Origin: an uncultured virus (IMG/VR IMGVR_UViG_3300032116_000017)
Taxonomy: Duplodnaviria > Heunggongvirae > Uroviricota > Caudoviricetes
Virus record (IMG/VR): IMGVR_UViG_3300032116_000017
Length of the DNA: 51,108 nt
Direction: 5' to 3' (one strand)
Shown here one piece after another: positions 1 through 9,191 of the stretch (position 1 is its first letter; every line of letters starts with the position of its first letter). Below the pieces are notes generated by a model. The model made no database searches. It saw only the letters and a list, made by a program, of their open reading frames with translations, and was not told where the DNA came from. The position numbers and the translations under genes were made by a program.

Positions 1-2
1 CT

Positions 3-263
3 GTAAGATGTATTGCGACTCATGGTATTCTAAGTGGTAAAGCAATTGAAAACCTTTACAACTCTAAGATTACTGAGTTATTAGTATCTGATACAATCTC
101 ATTTATTGGTGATAAAGATGCTTCTCGTAATGAAGGTAGAGGTATTTATCAAGGTCCTCCAACTAATTCAAAAATGAGAGTGATTAGTTGTGCAAAAATT
201 ATTGGTAAATCAATCTGGTCTCTCTCTCAGCGTCAATCAATACACGAAATTAATATGATATAA
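3..263 (+). CDS. prs: ribose-phosphate pyrophosphokinase, C-terminal fragment (5' end outside window)
   Basis: Own translation VRCIATHGILSGKAIENLYNSKITELLVSDTI...KMRVISCAKIIGKSI matches the PRPP synthetase C-terminus (ATHGxLSG, VxDTI); TAA overlaps the next ATG. Confidence 0.88.
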   Translation, partial: VRCIATHGILSGKAIENLYNSKITELLVSDTISFIGDKDASRNEGRGIYQGPPTNSKMRVISCAKIIGKSIWSLSQRQSIHEINMI

Positions 264-628
264 TGAAAAAGATTTTACTATGTGACATAGACGGAACTAT
301 ATGTGATGATATCAAAAATGAGGAATCACATCTTTATGCAACTGCAGAAGTGTATGAAGGATCCAGAGAACAATTAAATCAATGGTATGATGAAGGACAT
401 CATATTACATTCTTTACAGCTCGTGAAGAAAAAGATAGAGAAGTGACCGTAAAATGGTTAGATTATAATGGGTTTAAATATCACGGTCTTATTATGAATA
501 AACCAAGATGTTTAAATGATGAAGATGTTTATTGTTGGATAGACAATAGAAAAGTTATGGGTGTTACTTATAAAGGGGTCTGGGGACCACTTGTTGAAAG
601 AGTAACAACAATAAAAACGATGGAATAA
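263..628 (+). CDS. small capless HAD-superfamily phosphatase
   Basis: DIDGT motif I, FFTAR motif II, KP motif III, IDN motif IV. Confidence 0.85.
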   Translation: MKKILLCDIDGTICDDIKNEESHLYATAEVYEGSREQLNQWYDEGHHITFFTAREEKDREVTVKWLDYNGFKYHGLIMNKPRCLNDEDVYCWIDNRKVMGVTYKGVWGPLVERVTTIKTME

Positions 629-629
629 T

Positions 630-722
630 ATGGTAGTGTATTTAGTTGGTGGGATAGCAATAGGAATTATGATTGCACCTACAGTTAATCAAATGATTAA
701 AGATTACGTTAATAGAAAATAA
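630..722 (+). CDS. 30-aa single-TM peptide (not in ORF track)
   Basis: MVVYLVGGIAIGIMIAPTVNQMIKDYVNRK fills the gap between neighbours exactly, 1 nt spacing on each side. Confidence 0.55.
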   Translation: MVVYLVGGIAIGIMIAPTVNQMIKDYVNRK

Positions 723-723
723 T

Positions 724-1368
724 ATGAGTTATCTTAATGAACTTAAAGCTTATCTAAGAGATATAAATTTGGAAATTCTAATGGAAAGTCCAGATGTTAA
801 AATTGATATATCTAAAAGATATTATAATAAATTTAGACTTTTTTACCCAAGTCGTAGGCTTATCAAATACACCACCAATATTGGTGGTGTATTGGTTGGA
901 TCAAGAGCAATTCGTTGCTTTACAATAAATGATAAACCAATTCTTGAAAGAAGAGTAAATGATTGGGACTTTATTGTAACACTTGATATGGCTTTTAAGA
1001 TCTGTGATGATATGGGAATAGAAGAGATTCCAAAAATCGGTGGTGTTATAAGTATTAAGAATCAAAGAAGATGGGCTCATCCATCTTATCAAGATGCTTA
1101 TAGAGTTGGTCCAGTTGATGTTCAGTTAATTGTAGAGGAAGAACTACCGGATTATACGGAAGTTGATGGTGTTAGAATTGCTAACTTTGGTTATTCAATT
1201 TCTCAAAAGATTGGTCTAACTTCTGAATTACAAAGTAAATTGGGTGATCGAAACAAATACAAAAGCCTATCTTCTCGTTATGATAGTATAGATGAACAAT
1301 ATCATAAACACATAGATGATTTAAAAGAAATAATTATAAAATATAATAGTATCAAATGCAAACTTTAG
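724..1368 (+). CDS. putative Pol-beta-superfamily nucleotidyltransferase
   Basis: LVGSRA...DWDFIV (hGS...DhD) plus later VDV. Confidence 0.6.
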   Translation: MSYLNELKAYLRDINLEILMESPDVKIDISKRYYNKFRLFYPSRRLIKYTTNIGGVLVGSRAIRCFTINDKPILERRVNDWDFIVTLDMAFKICDDMGIEEIPKIGGVISIKNQRRWAHPSYQDAYRVGPVDVQLIVEEELPDYTEVDGVRIANFGYSISQKIGLTSELQSKLGDRNKYKSLSSRYDSIDEQYHKHIDDLKEIIIKYNSIKCKL

Positions 1369-2261
1369 CAAACATTTTAGATGGAAGAATCGTATCAGGT
1401 CAAATTTTATCCAATATCAAAGATAAAATCGAAGGTCACATAGAAAAAAGCCAATCAAGATTAGGATATCAAATTTCAAAACCATCTATGGCGATAGTTC
1501 TTGTTGGAAATAATCCAGCATCTGAGTCTTATGTCAATGGAAAAACAAAAGCTTGTGAAAAAGCTGGAATAAACTATAGTGTTATTAGATTTCCAGAAAA
1601 AATAACCTCATTTGATCTTTTAGAAGAAGTAAAAAGATTAAATAAGTCTTCTTATGATGGATTTATTGTTCAACTTCCATTACCAGAACACATTAAGTCG
1701 GATTCTATTATAAACGAGATAAGTGCATATAAAGACATTGATGGATTTCATCCTCTTAACTTTGGTAAAATGTCACTTGGTCAGAAGTCAATGAGACCAG
1801 CAACTGCTTATGGTATATTAAAACTAATCGAATGGTATGAAATTGACACTAAAGGAAAACATGTCGTAGTTATTGGTCGCTCTAATATTGTCGGGAAACC
1901 TATTTCTATTATGTTAGGTAACGACTTTAACATTGGAAGAGCTACCGTTACATCTTGTGATATAAACACTCCTAAAGAACTCCTAATTGAAGAAACTAAG
2001 AAAGCTGATATAGTAATTGTTGCAGTTGGAAAACCTGGTTTATTAACAGCTGATATGATTAAAGAAGGAGTGGTTGTGATTGATGTAGGTATCAATAGAT
2101 TAGAATCTGGTAAATTAGTTGGTGATTGTGATTTTGATTCTATTTCTAAGAAGGCTTCTTGGATTACTCCAGTACCAGGTGGTGTTGGACCAATGACTAT
2201 ATCTGGTTTGATTTTGAATACTTATGAGGCTTGGAAGATGAAAAATTTTATTGAAGAATAA
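1356..2261 (+). CDS. folD: bifunctional methylenetetrahydrofolate dehydrogenase/cyclohydrolase
   Basis: YVNGK, VQLPLP, KDIDGFHP, GRSNIVGKP, DVGIN, TPVPGGVGPMT. Confidence 0.97.
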   Translation: MQTLANILDGRIVSGQILSNIKDKIEGHIEKSQSRLGYQISKPSMAIVLVGNNPASESYVNGKTKACEKAGINYSVIRFPEKITSFDLLEEVKRLNKSSYDGFIVQLPLPEHIKSDSIINEISAYKDIDGFHPLNFGKMSLGQKSMRPATAYGILKLIEWYEIDTKGKHVVVIGRSNIVGKPISIMLGNDFNIGRATVTSCDINTPKELLIEETKKADIVIVAVGKPGLLTADMIKEGVVVIDVGINRLESGKLVGDCDFDSISKKASWITPVPGGVGPMTISGLILNTYEAWKMKNFIEE

Positions 2262-2680
2262 TGGGATTTATAGGAGCAACAACTTTATTAAATCATGATG
2301 TATCTATTAACCCAAGATCAAAGATGACTTGGTCTCAAAAAATAGATGATATATCCTCTTACTTAGAGAATCCAGATTTTGAGGTTATAAACCCAACCGT
2401 AAAAATATGTGAGTATTTTAAAGATAAGATAGGATATTGTCTACCATCATCAAGTTTCTTTGTTATTGATAATAGTAGATTAGAGATTTTTAATCAACCA
2501 TTAAATTGCTTAGATTTTTATAACTATGATGATTTAATAAAATATTTAAGTGATGAGAAGAAAACTATTTATGTAAGTAAGATTACATTAAACTTTGGTA
2601 GAATATACAAAGCTTTTATCTATGAGATAGATAATTTACCTAATATAAGAAATCATAAATTAGAAAAAATAGGAATATGA
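2261..2680 (+). CDS. hypothetical protein with C-terminal RxxKLxxI tag
   Basis: Coupled ORF ending IRNHKLEKIGI. Confidence 0.7.
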   Translation: MGFIGATTLLNHDVSINPRSKMTWSQKIDDISSYLENPDFEVINPTVKICEYFKDKIGYCLPSSSFFVIDNSRLEIFNQPLNCLDFYNYDDLIKYLSDEKKTIYVSKITLNFGRIYKAFIYEIDNLPNIRNHKLEKIGI

Positions 2681-2934
2681 AAGTAAAGTGTTTATCTAAT
2701 GAAAGTTGGGATCTTCTTCACAATTTGCGTGATAAACTAACGATTGGTAAAATATATGATGTTATAAAAATTGAACAAATACCATTCTCACCACATAGAT
2801 ATGATGATCCAAGTGGTCCCTTTTATAGAATAAAATGTGATAATGGAGAAATAAAACACATTGATGCAAATAGATTTCGCGAATTGACTATGTATGAAAA
2901 AAGAGAATTAAAATTGAAAGATTTAGGTATATGA
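2677..2934 (+). CDS. small beta-rich (SH3-like) protein with C-terminal tag
   Basis: LTIGKIYDV; ends KRELKLKDLGI; ATGA coupling. Confidence 0.7.
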   Translation: MKVKCLSNESWDLLHNLRDKLTIGKIYDVIKIEQIPFSPHRYDDPSGPFYRIKCDNGEIKHIDANRFRELTMYEKRELKLKDLGI

Positions 2935-3164
2935 GAAAGTTTTATAAAATAGTTTGTATAAATAATAAACCAATTCCCGGTAGTAGCGAAAGAACTCAAA
3001 GCCTCACGGAAGGAAAAGTCTATCAAACTTATGACAATCCAGATTATAGAGATGTTTGTGTTGTAAATGATAAAGGAATAGAAGTAAACTATTCGAGTTC
3101 TAGATTTATAACATTAGAAGAATTTAGAGAAAATAAATTAAATAAAATATTAGAATGCAGTTAA
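2931..3164 (+). CDS. small beta-rich (SH3-like) protein with C-terminal tag
   Basis: LTEGKVYQT; ends FRENKLNKILECS. Confidence 0.7.
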   Translation: MRKFYKIVCINNKPIPGSSERTQSLTEGKVYQTYDNPDYRDVCVVNDKGIEVNYSSSRFITLEEFRENKLNKILECS

Positions 3165-3493
3165 TACTTGGAATATTATTTGGAACATTAGCACAAATAC
3201 TTGTTTTTTTTCAGATACAAGGTAGTTTGAAATATCCTTTCTTACAGAATAATCAATGGATAGTTCTGCTTTCTGGTGTTCCAATAACTTGGCTTTTTGT
3301 AGAATCGGTAAAATATATTTACGATTGGAGTGGAGGTCAACTTTGGCCCGGAAGACTTATCGGATTTTCAATTGGTATAGTTGTCTTCACAGCGATGTCA
3401 ATTATATTATTTGGAGAGGGAATAAGTGCTAAAACTGGAATTTGTTTAGTTCTATCAGTTTTGATTCTACTTATACAAATTTTTTGGAAATGA
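3155..3493 (+). CDS. small 4-TM membrane protein (SMR/DMT-like topology)
   Basis: 112 aa, four hydrophobic segments, LFGE before the last helix. Confidence 0.6.
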   Translation: MQLILGILFGTLAQILVFFQIQGSLKYPFLQNNQWIVLLSGVPITWLFVESVKYIYDWSGGQLWPGRLIGFSIGIVVFTAMSIILFGEGISAKTGICLVLSVLILLIQIFWK

Positions 3494-3519
3494 ATATAAA
3501 TAAAAAATAAAATAATATT

Positions 3520-5283
3520 ATGAATGTATTAAGAGGTGGTGAGTTTTTGATTAAAGAATCAAACTGTGATGAAACTTTTATACCAGAAGAGTTTAATGAA
3601 GAGCAATTGATGATTGCTGAGATGTGTGAAGACTTCATCGAAACAGAAGTTTATCCTAATCTAGATAGAATCGATTCAATGGAAGATGGTCTGATGGTTT
3701 CTATTTTGGACAAAGCTGGTGAATTAGGATTATTAAGCATTTCAATCCCTGAAGAACTAGGTGGAATGGGTTCCGACTTTGTAACTTCAATGATTACAAC
3801 TGAAAAAACTGGAACTGGTCACTCTGCGGCTGTTGCACTTTCAGCTCACACTGGAATTGGAACTTTACCAATACTATACTTTGGAAGTGATGAACAAAAA
3901 TTAAAGTATATTCCAAAATTAGCCACTGGTGAATTAAAGGCTTGTTATTGCTTGACAGAGCCAAATGCGGGTAGTGATGCTAATAGTGGAAAAACCAAAG
4001 CGGTGTTGAATGGTGATAAGTCTAAATATCTAATCACAGGACAAAAAATGTGGATAACAAACTCGGGGTTTGCTGATATATTTGTTGTTTTTGCTAAAAT
4101 TGATGATGATAAAAATCTATCAGCATTTATTGTTGAAAAAGAATATTCAGGTATTTCTTTAAATCCTGAGGAAAAGAAAATGGGTATTAAAGGTTCTTCA
4201 ACTCGACAAGTATTCTTTAATAACTGTGAAGTTCCGGTGAAAAATTTACTTGGTAAAAGAGAAGATGGTTTTAAAATTGCACTTAATATTCTCAATATCG
4301 GTAGAATTAAATTAGCAGGAGCTACACTTGGTTCATCTAAAAAGGTCATCGAAGATACAATTAAGTATTCGCTTGAAAGAGAACAGTTTGGAAGACCAAT
4401 TGCTAAATACTCTGCGATAAAAAATAAAATTGCAAATCAAATTATTAAAACATACGCATCAGAATCAGCGCTATATAGAGTATCAAAAAATATTGATGAC
4501 TTAATCAACCAATCAATTGCTAATGGTAAAACTAAATCCGAATCATTACTAGATGCTATTAAAGAATATGCTTCTGAAGCAGCTATGTTAAAAGTACATG
4601 GCTCTGAAACATTGGATTATGTAGTAGATGAAGGAGTTCAGGTATATGGTGGTATGGGGTATTCCGCAGAGGCTCCTATGGATAGAGCATATAGAGATTC
4701 GAGAATTAATAGAATATTTGAAGGGACAAATGAGATTAACAGAATGTTATCAGTTGATTTTATACTAAAAAAGGCAATGAAAGGTGAATTAGATTTAATG
4801 TCACATGCTACAAAGATAGCTGGTGATTTGATGTCTATTCCGGATTTTTCAACTGAAGAAGAATCAACCTTTGATAAACATAAAAAATATATCAAAAACT
4901 TTAAGAAGATATTATTAATGATAGCAGGGGCTGCTGTGCAGAAATTAATGATGACTTTATCAAAAGAACAAGAGATACTAATGAATCTATCTGATATTAT
5001 GATTGAAACATACGTATCCGAATCTCTTTTACTAAGAGTTGAAAAATTAGTAAAACTAAGAGGTGAAGAAAACTGCCAGTATGAAATTGAAATTATGAAG
5101 AGTTATATTTATGATGCTTCTGATAAAATTAACAAATTAGGAAAAGATACACTAAATTCATTTTCATCAGGTGATGATTTAAGAATAATGTTAATGGGTT
5201 TGAAAAGATTTACAAAACAAGATCCTTTTAATATTACAAAGTCTAAAAGACTTATCTCTGAAGTTGCAATGAGTAAAAACTAA
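3520..5283 (+). CDS. acyl-CoA dehydrogenase (long, Bacteroidota/FadE-like)
   Basis: CLTEPNAGSDA, GQKMWITN, KMGIKGSST, REQFGRPI, QVYGGMGY, RIFEGTNEIN with catalytic Glu. Confidence 0.95.
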   Translation: MNVLRGGEFLIKESNCDETFIPEEFNEEQLMIAEMCEDFIETEVYPNLDRIDSMEDGLMVSILDKAGELGLLSISIPEELGGMGSDFVTSMITTEKTGTGHSAAVALSAHTGIGTLPILYFGSDEQKLKYIPKLATGELKACYCLTEPNAGSDANSGKTKAVLNGDKSKYLITGQKMWITNSGFADIFVVFAKIDDDKNLSAFIVEKEYSGISLNPEEKKMGIKGSSTRQVFFNNCEVPVKNLLGKREDGFKIALNILNIGRIKLAGATLGSSKKVIEDTIKYSLEREQFGRPIAKYSAIKNKIANQIIKTYASESALYRVSKNIDDLINQSIANGKTKSESLLDAIKEYASEAAMLKVHGSETLDYVVDEGVQVYGGMGYSAEAPMDRAYRDSRINRIFEGTNEINRMLSVDFILKKAMKGELDLMSHATKIAGDLMSIPDFSTEEESTFDKHKKYIKNFKKILLMIAGAAVQKLMMTLSKEQEILMNLSDIMIETYVSESLLLRVEKLVKLRGEENCQYEIEIMKSYIYDASDKINKLGKDTLNSFSSGDDLRIMLMGLKRFTKQDPFNITKSKRLISEVAMSKN

Positions 5284-5293
5284 AATATTATCA

Positions 5294-5587
5294 GTGATTA
5301 ACAATTGGATTATAAAGGATAGAATAAAAAGTGGTATAATTTCATTTGAGGTTGGTGATGAAATAGTTATTTTTTGGAGAAAAGGAAATGGCTATCCGAG
5401 AACTATAATTGATAATAAAATATACGTTATCAGTAGAATTGAATCTGATAATTTATTTTTAAACGAAAAAAATATTATAAACTCAAAACATTTTCCATTA
5501 AGAGTGCATAAAACCTATATGATACCTCTGTATGTTTTAAGAGAAATCAAATTAAATAGTCTGTTTGACGAAACAAAGTTAATATAA
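5294..5587 (+). CDS. hypothetical protein with C-terminal tag
   Basis: GTG start; LREIKLNSLF near the end. Confidence 0.65.
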   Translation: MINNWIIKDRIKSGIISFEVGDEIVIFWRKGNGYPRTIIDNKIYVISRIESDNLFLNEKNIINSKHFPLRVHKTYMIPLYVLREIKLNSLFDETKLI

Positions 5588-5619
5588 TAAAATATAAAAT
5601 AAAAAATAAAAAATTCTAA

Positions 5620-6798
5620 ATGGGAAAATTAGCCTTAAATTTTATTTGTAAAGATGAATCACATGTCATCGAAAAAATGCTAGAAAGTAATAAATCCATA
5701 GTTGATTTAGTAGTTTGTAATGACACTGGTTCAACTGATGGTACTCAAGATATAATTAAAAACTGGGGAGAAAAAAATAACATTCCAACTTACGTTTTTG
5801 AAAGACCGTTCGATGATTTCGAAAAAAGTAGAAATCATGCGATGCAGAAACTTAAAGATGTTGTTGCTGAACTAAAATGGAATCCAAATGATGTACATGG
5901 TTACTGGTGTGACTGTGATGAAACGGTTGTCATTGATCCTAAATTCAATAAAAATCAATTCAAAAATGACCTTTATATGATTAACACTTATATCGGTCAA
6001 ATGAAATATACCAGAAATACATTCTTTAGAGTATCACTTCCCTTTAAATGGTATGGACCCGTTCATGAGTTCATTGTATGTGATAAGAAAGATATTACTT
6101 CTGGTTTAGCTGAAGGTATCCATGTTGATGTTAAAATGACAGGTAATTCCTGGAAAGGTAATATCCCTACAAAATACAAATCACATGCCTTTGTTTTAGA
6201 GAAATATATTGATGAGAACAGACAAGATCCTCGTTGGATATTCTATACAGCTCAGTCTTATCACGACTCAGCTTCTATCCCGGATAATAAAGAGGAAAAT
6301 GAAGAAAGATTAAGAAGAGCTCTTAAATATTATAGAGAGAGAACAAATAGATTCGATGGATATGCGGAAGAAAACTACTATTCTCAATACAGAATCGGTA
6401 CTATTATGAGAGTTTTAGAAGATCCGTGGCACTTGACTATGCAGGAATGTCTCAAAGCTTACTCAATGGATCCAGTTAGGGGAGAATCTATCAAAACTAT
6501 CATAGACCATTACTTACAAGTTGGTGAATGGAATTTAGCTTATCTATATACAAAATTTGCTAAAGAAAATTTTCACGGCAAAAATCCTTACCCATCAAGA
6601 TTACTCTTTGTCGATGAGGCACTTTACGCTTGGAAGTTTGCAGAAGCTCACGCAGCCGCGAGTTTCTACACTGGTAGAATGGAAGAAGCTAAGGGTAATT
6701 ATCAGGAAATTCTAAAAGCAATGAAAACTCATCCACAGTGTTTCACACCAGAAGATATAAAAAAGGTTGAAATGAACGGTCAGTTTTTTAACAGATGA
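5620..6798 (+). CDS. GT2-like glycosyltransferase with C-terminal TPR-like helices
   Basis: ICKDE, DTGSTDGT, DCDE (DxD), GPVHE; helical C-terminal half. Confidence 0.85.
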   Translation: MGKLALNFICKDESHVIEKMLESNKSIVDLVVCNDTGSTDGTQDIIKNWGEKNNIPTYVFERPFDDFEKSRNHAMQKLKDVVAELKWNPNDVHGYWCDCDETVVIDPKFNKNQFKNDLYMINTYIGQMKYTRNTFFRVSLPFKWYGPVHEFIVCDKKDITSGLAEGIHVDVKMTGNSWKGNIPTKYKSHAFVLEKYIDENRQDPRWIFYTAQSYHDSASIPDNKEENEERLRRALKYYRERTNRFDGYAEENYYSQYRIGTIMRVLEDPWHLTMQECLKAYSMDPVRGESIKTIIDHYLQVGEWNLAYLYTKFAKENFHGKNPYPSRLLFVDEALYAWKFAEAHAAASFYTGRMEEAKGNYQEILKAMKTHPQCFTPEDIKKVEMNGQFFNR

Positions 6799-7274
6799 TT
6801 AAGTTAATAGTTGCAATATCAAAGAATAGAGTTATTGGTGATTCGAATAAACTAATTTGGAATTTACCAGCAGACTTAAAACGATTTAAGGAAATCACAA
6901 CAGGTCATCCAATTGTTATGGGTAGAAAAACCTATCAATCAATTGGAAGACCTCTTCCTAATCGTAGAAACATTATTATAACAAGAGATGAGAGTTATGA
7001 AGTTGATGGATGTGAAGTCGTCAATTCTGTTGAAGAAGCTCTTTTACTTACGAATAATGATTGCTTTATAATTGGTGGTGGTGAAATTTACAAACAAACC
7101 TTACATATTGCTGACCAGATTTATATGACCGAAGTTCATGAAGAATTTGTTGGTGATACTACTTTTCCAGAACTAACTGCTGTTTGGTATGTGTCTAAAG
7201 AAGAAAAGTTCTTAGCAGACAAAAAAAATAATTACAACTATTCATTTATTTTTTATGAAAAATTTGAATTCTAA
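6795..7274 (+). CDS. folA: dihydrofolate reductase
   Basis: W-x-LPADLKRF, MGRKT, GRPLPNR, IIGGGEIY, GDTTFP. Confidence 0.97.
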   Translation: MIKLIVAISKNRVIGDSNKLIWNLPADLKRFKEITTGHPIVMGRKTYQSIGRPLPNRRNIIITRDESYEVDGCEVVNSVEEALLLTNNDCFIIGGGEIYKQTLHIADQIYMTEVHEEFVGDTTFPELTAVWYVSKEEKFLADKKNNYNYSFIFYEKFEF

Positions 7275-7827
7275 AGGTAAACTTATAATGATAATCGGGG
7301 CACCTGCTTCTGGTAAATCAACATTGGCTTCTGAAGTTCATACTGAACTAAAGAAAAGAAATAAGAACTCTATTTTTATTAGTGAAGTCGCTACAGATTT
7401 TATTGCAGAATATGGAATACCAAACACACCAATTGATCAGATGGTTATATTTTATAAACAATTGAATAAAGAAACAATGTTTTTAGATTCAAAGGAGTTC
7501 ATTGTTTGTGATTCGAGTTCTATCTTAAACTATTTTTACTTTAGAAAATTATTCCCTGAGAAGTTATCCAATAAAGATATTGCTTCTATTAATCATCTTC
7601 AAAAAGAAATATTAAAACATATTAATACAATTGACTATATCTTTTATGTACCACCTATGATAGATATCGATACTAATGATGGTATTAGGTATCACAAAGA
7701 AGATGATATAAAGAGATTAGATAGATGGATTAAGTCTTATTTAGAATTAGAAAATATAAATCATACTGATTTATCTGAAGTGAAAGTAAATGATAGATTA
7801 GATTTTATTTTAAAAGAATTACTATAA
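7255..7827 (+). CDS. P-loop kinase/ATPase, NadR/AAA_28-like
   Basis: GAPASGKST, SEVA, VCD, DGIR. Confidence 0.75.
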   Translation: MKNLNSKGKLIMIIGAPASGKSTLASEVHTELKKRNKNSIFISEVATDFIAEYGIPNTPIDQMVIFYKQLNKETMFLDSKEFIVCDSSSILNYFYFRKLFPEKLSNKDIASINHLQKEILKHINTIDYIFYVPPMIDIDTNDGIRYHKEDDIKRLDRWIKSYLELENINHTDLSEVKVNDRLDFILKELL

Positions 7828-8148
7828 TCCATCCTCATCGTGACTGTGTGAAGAATGACCTGTTCGGGTTGATTTATACTGATTCCACATCTCCATATAA
7901 TCCTCTTCATCTTCGATTTTATCAAATATATCAACTGGCTTTTCATGTTCTTCTTCATTATCTGTCGATGATAAAGATCCATGAAAAATCTCACCCGGTT
8001 TAATATTTTCATCCAACCAATTCTCAAATTCCTCAACCTCATCGATTGTACAACCAAGTCTCTTAGATATATCATCATAAGTTAGTGGTATGAACATTGA
8101 TTCTTTATTTCCACTCACAAATTCTAAAAATAATTTTATCTTCTTCAT
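7822..8148 (-). CDS. acidic hypothetical protein with N-terminal MKxIKxF motif
   Basis: Starts MKKIKLFLEF; AATATATA 4 nt upstream. Confidence 0.7.
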   Translation of the reverse strand: MKKIKLFLEFVSGNKESMFIPLTYDDISKRLGCTIDEVEEFENWLDENIKPGEIFHGSLSSTDNEEEHEKPVDIFDKIEDEEDYMEMWNQYKSTRTGHSSHSHDEDGL

Positions 8149-8174
8149 AAGGTATATATTAAAAAAAATTAGAC

Positions 8175-8230
8175 AAAAAAGAAACCCAAGAAAATCATTC
8201 TTGGGTCGGTCTAAGAATACTATTCTTAGA
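8175..8230 (-). terminator. intrinsic terminator preceded by a second hairpin
   Basis: ACCCAAGAA/TTCTTGGGT (8184-8206) with minus-strand T tract, plus TCTAAGAAT/ATTCTTAGA (8210-8230). Confidence 0.65.
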
Positions 8231-8239
8231 GTGGTTTGT

Positions 8240-8887
8240 TTATTTACTTAGTAGTCTAATTAAATCCTCAGTGATTTTAGTAATCATTTTCTTACCATCT
8301 AAAGTAATAGTAGGAATGTTTTTTACCATAGAATATTTATCATTACCATCAACATAAATAGCCTCAACAAGCTTTTGAATCTTTGGTTCGTTTGAATATT
8401 TTTTCAAGTAATATGTTTTTAATTCGTTAACAAATTTAGTTAAATCAACACCTTCTTTGTAGTTGTATTTGACCATTTGTAATTCATTATCTTGTTTTTC
8501 AACCATCAAATACCAAATTGACTTCTTAGAAACTTTAACATTTTCTAAGAAGTTATAAGCTTTTGATGCCTTAACATTTTTTGGGAATTTAGCAACTTTG
8601 CCAGTAAAATCAACTTTTGATTCATGAGTCTCTTCGTCTAAATCTATATCGTTTTCAAAATCATCAGAATCCTCATCTATTTCTAAATTTTGGTCTTGAG
8701 GTATGATATTCTTTCTAGAAGTTAATCTCTCAACTCTGTTGGAGTCTTTTGATAAATTCGGATTCATTGGTATGTCACTATCACTATCTGGTGATTGAGG
8801 CAAAGAAGCATCTACCTCTTCCATTTTAGATTTACCTTTAATTTCAGAGAATTTCTTAAAACCAACTACTTTTTTATTTTCCGCCAT
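8240..8887 (-). CDS. hypothetical protein
   Basis: 215-aa ORF, FKKFSE near N-terminus, acidic linker, AATATATA upstream at 8910-8917. Confidence 0.7.
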   Translation of the reverse strand: MAENKKVVGFKKFSEIKGKSKMEEVDASLPQSPDSDSDIPMNPNLSKDSNRVERLTSRKNIIPQDQNLEIDEDSDDFENDIDLDEETHESKVDFTGKVAKFPKNVKASKAYNFLENVKVSKKSIWYLMVEKQDNELQMVKYNYKEGVDLTKFVNELKTYYLKKYSNEPKIQKLVEAIYVDGNDKYSMVKNIPTITLDGKKMITKITEDLIRLLSK

Positions 8888-8936
8888 TAATTCAATTTAT
8901 TTTATTCTTTATATATTAAAACTCGAAATTAGTTTT

Positions 8937-9191
8937 TTAACCTTTACCTTTATAATGATATTTATCTACCATATAATTTCTCCAATTCTTGATGATGTTC
9001 ATTTTATCAAAAAACAAAGCCATTAATGGTTGGAGTCTATCTAAAAATCCAGCCATTGTCTTATTTTCGTAAATATATGGTGAGAGTGATTTATTCAAAA
9101 TATCATTTTCATAGTCAAAGTTAGGTGTTTCTGAATCATGTATATGCTTCATAAATTTTAATTCTGGTAGTTGCCTTCTATCGTATAACAT
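8937..9191 (-). CDS. hypothetical protein, probably baseplate-associated
   Basis: Coupled to the gp6-like gene. Confidence 0.55.
   Translation of the reverse strand: MLYDRRQLPELKFMKHIHDSETPNFDYENDILNKSLSPYIYENKTMAGFLDRLQPLMALFFDKMNIIKNWRNYMVDKYHYKGKG

Noticed and set aside
1..7827. Bacterial chromosome or host contamination
   Set aside because: Metabolic genes are interleaved and coupled with C-tag genes found across the window, and there is no bacterial operon context
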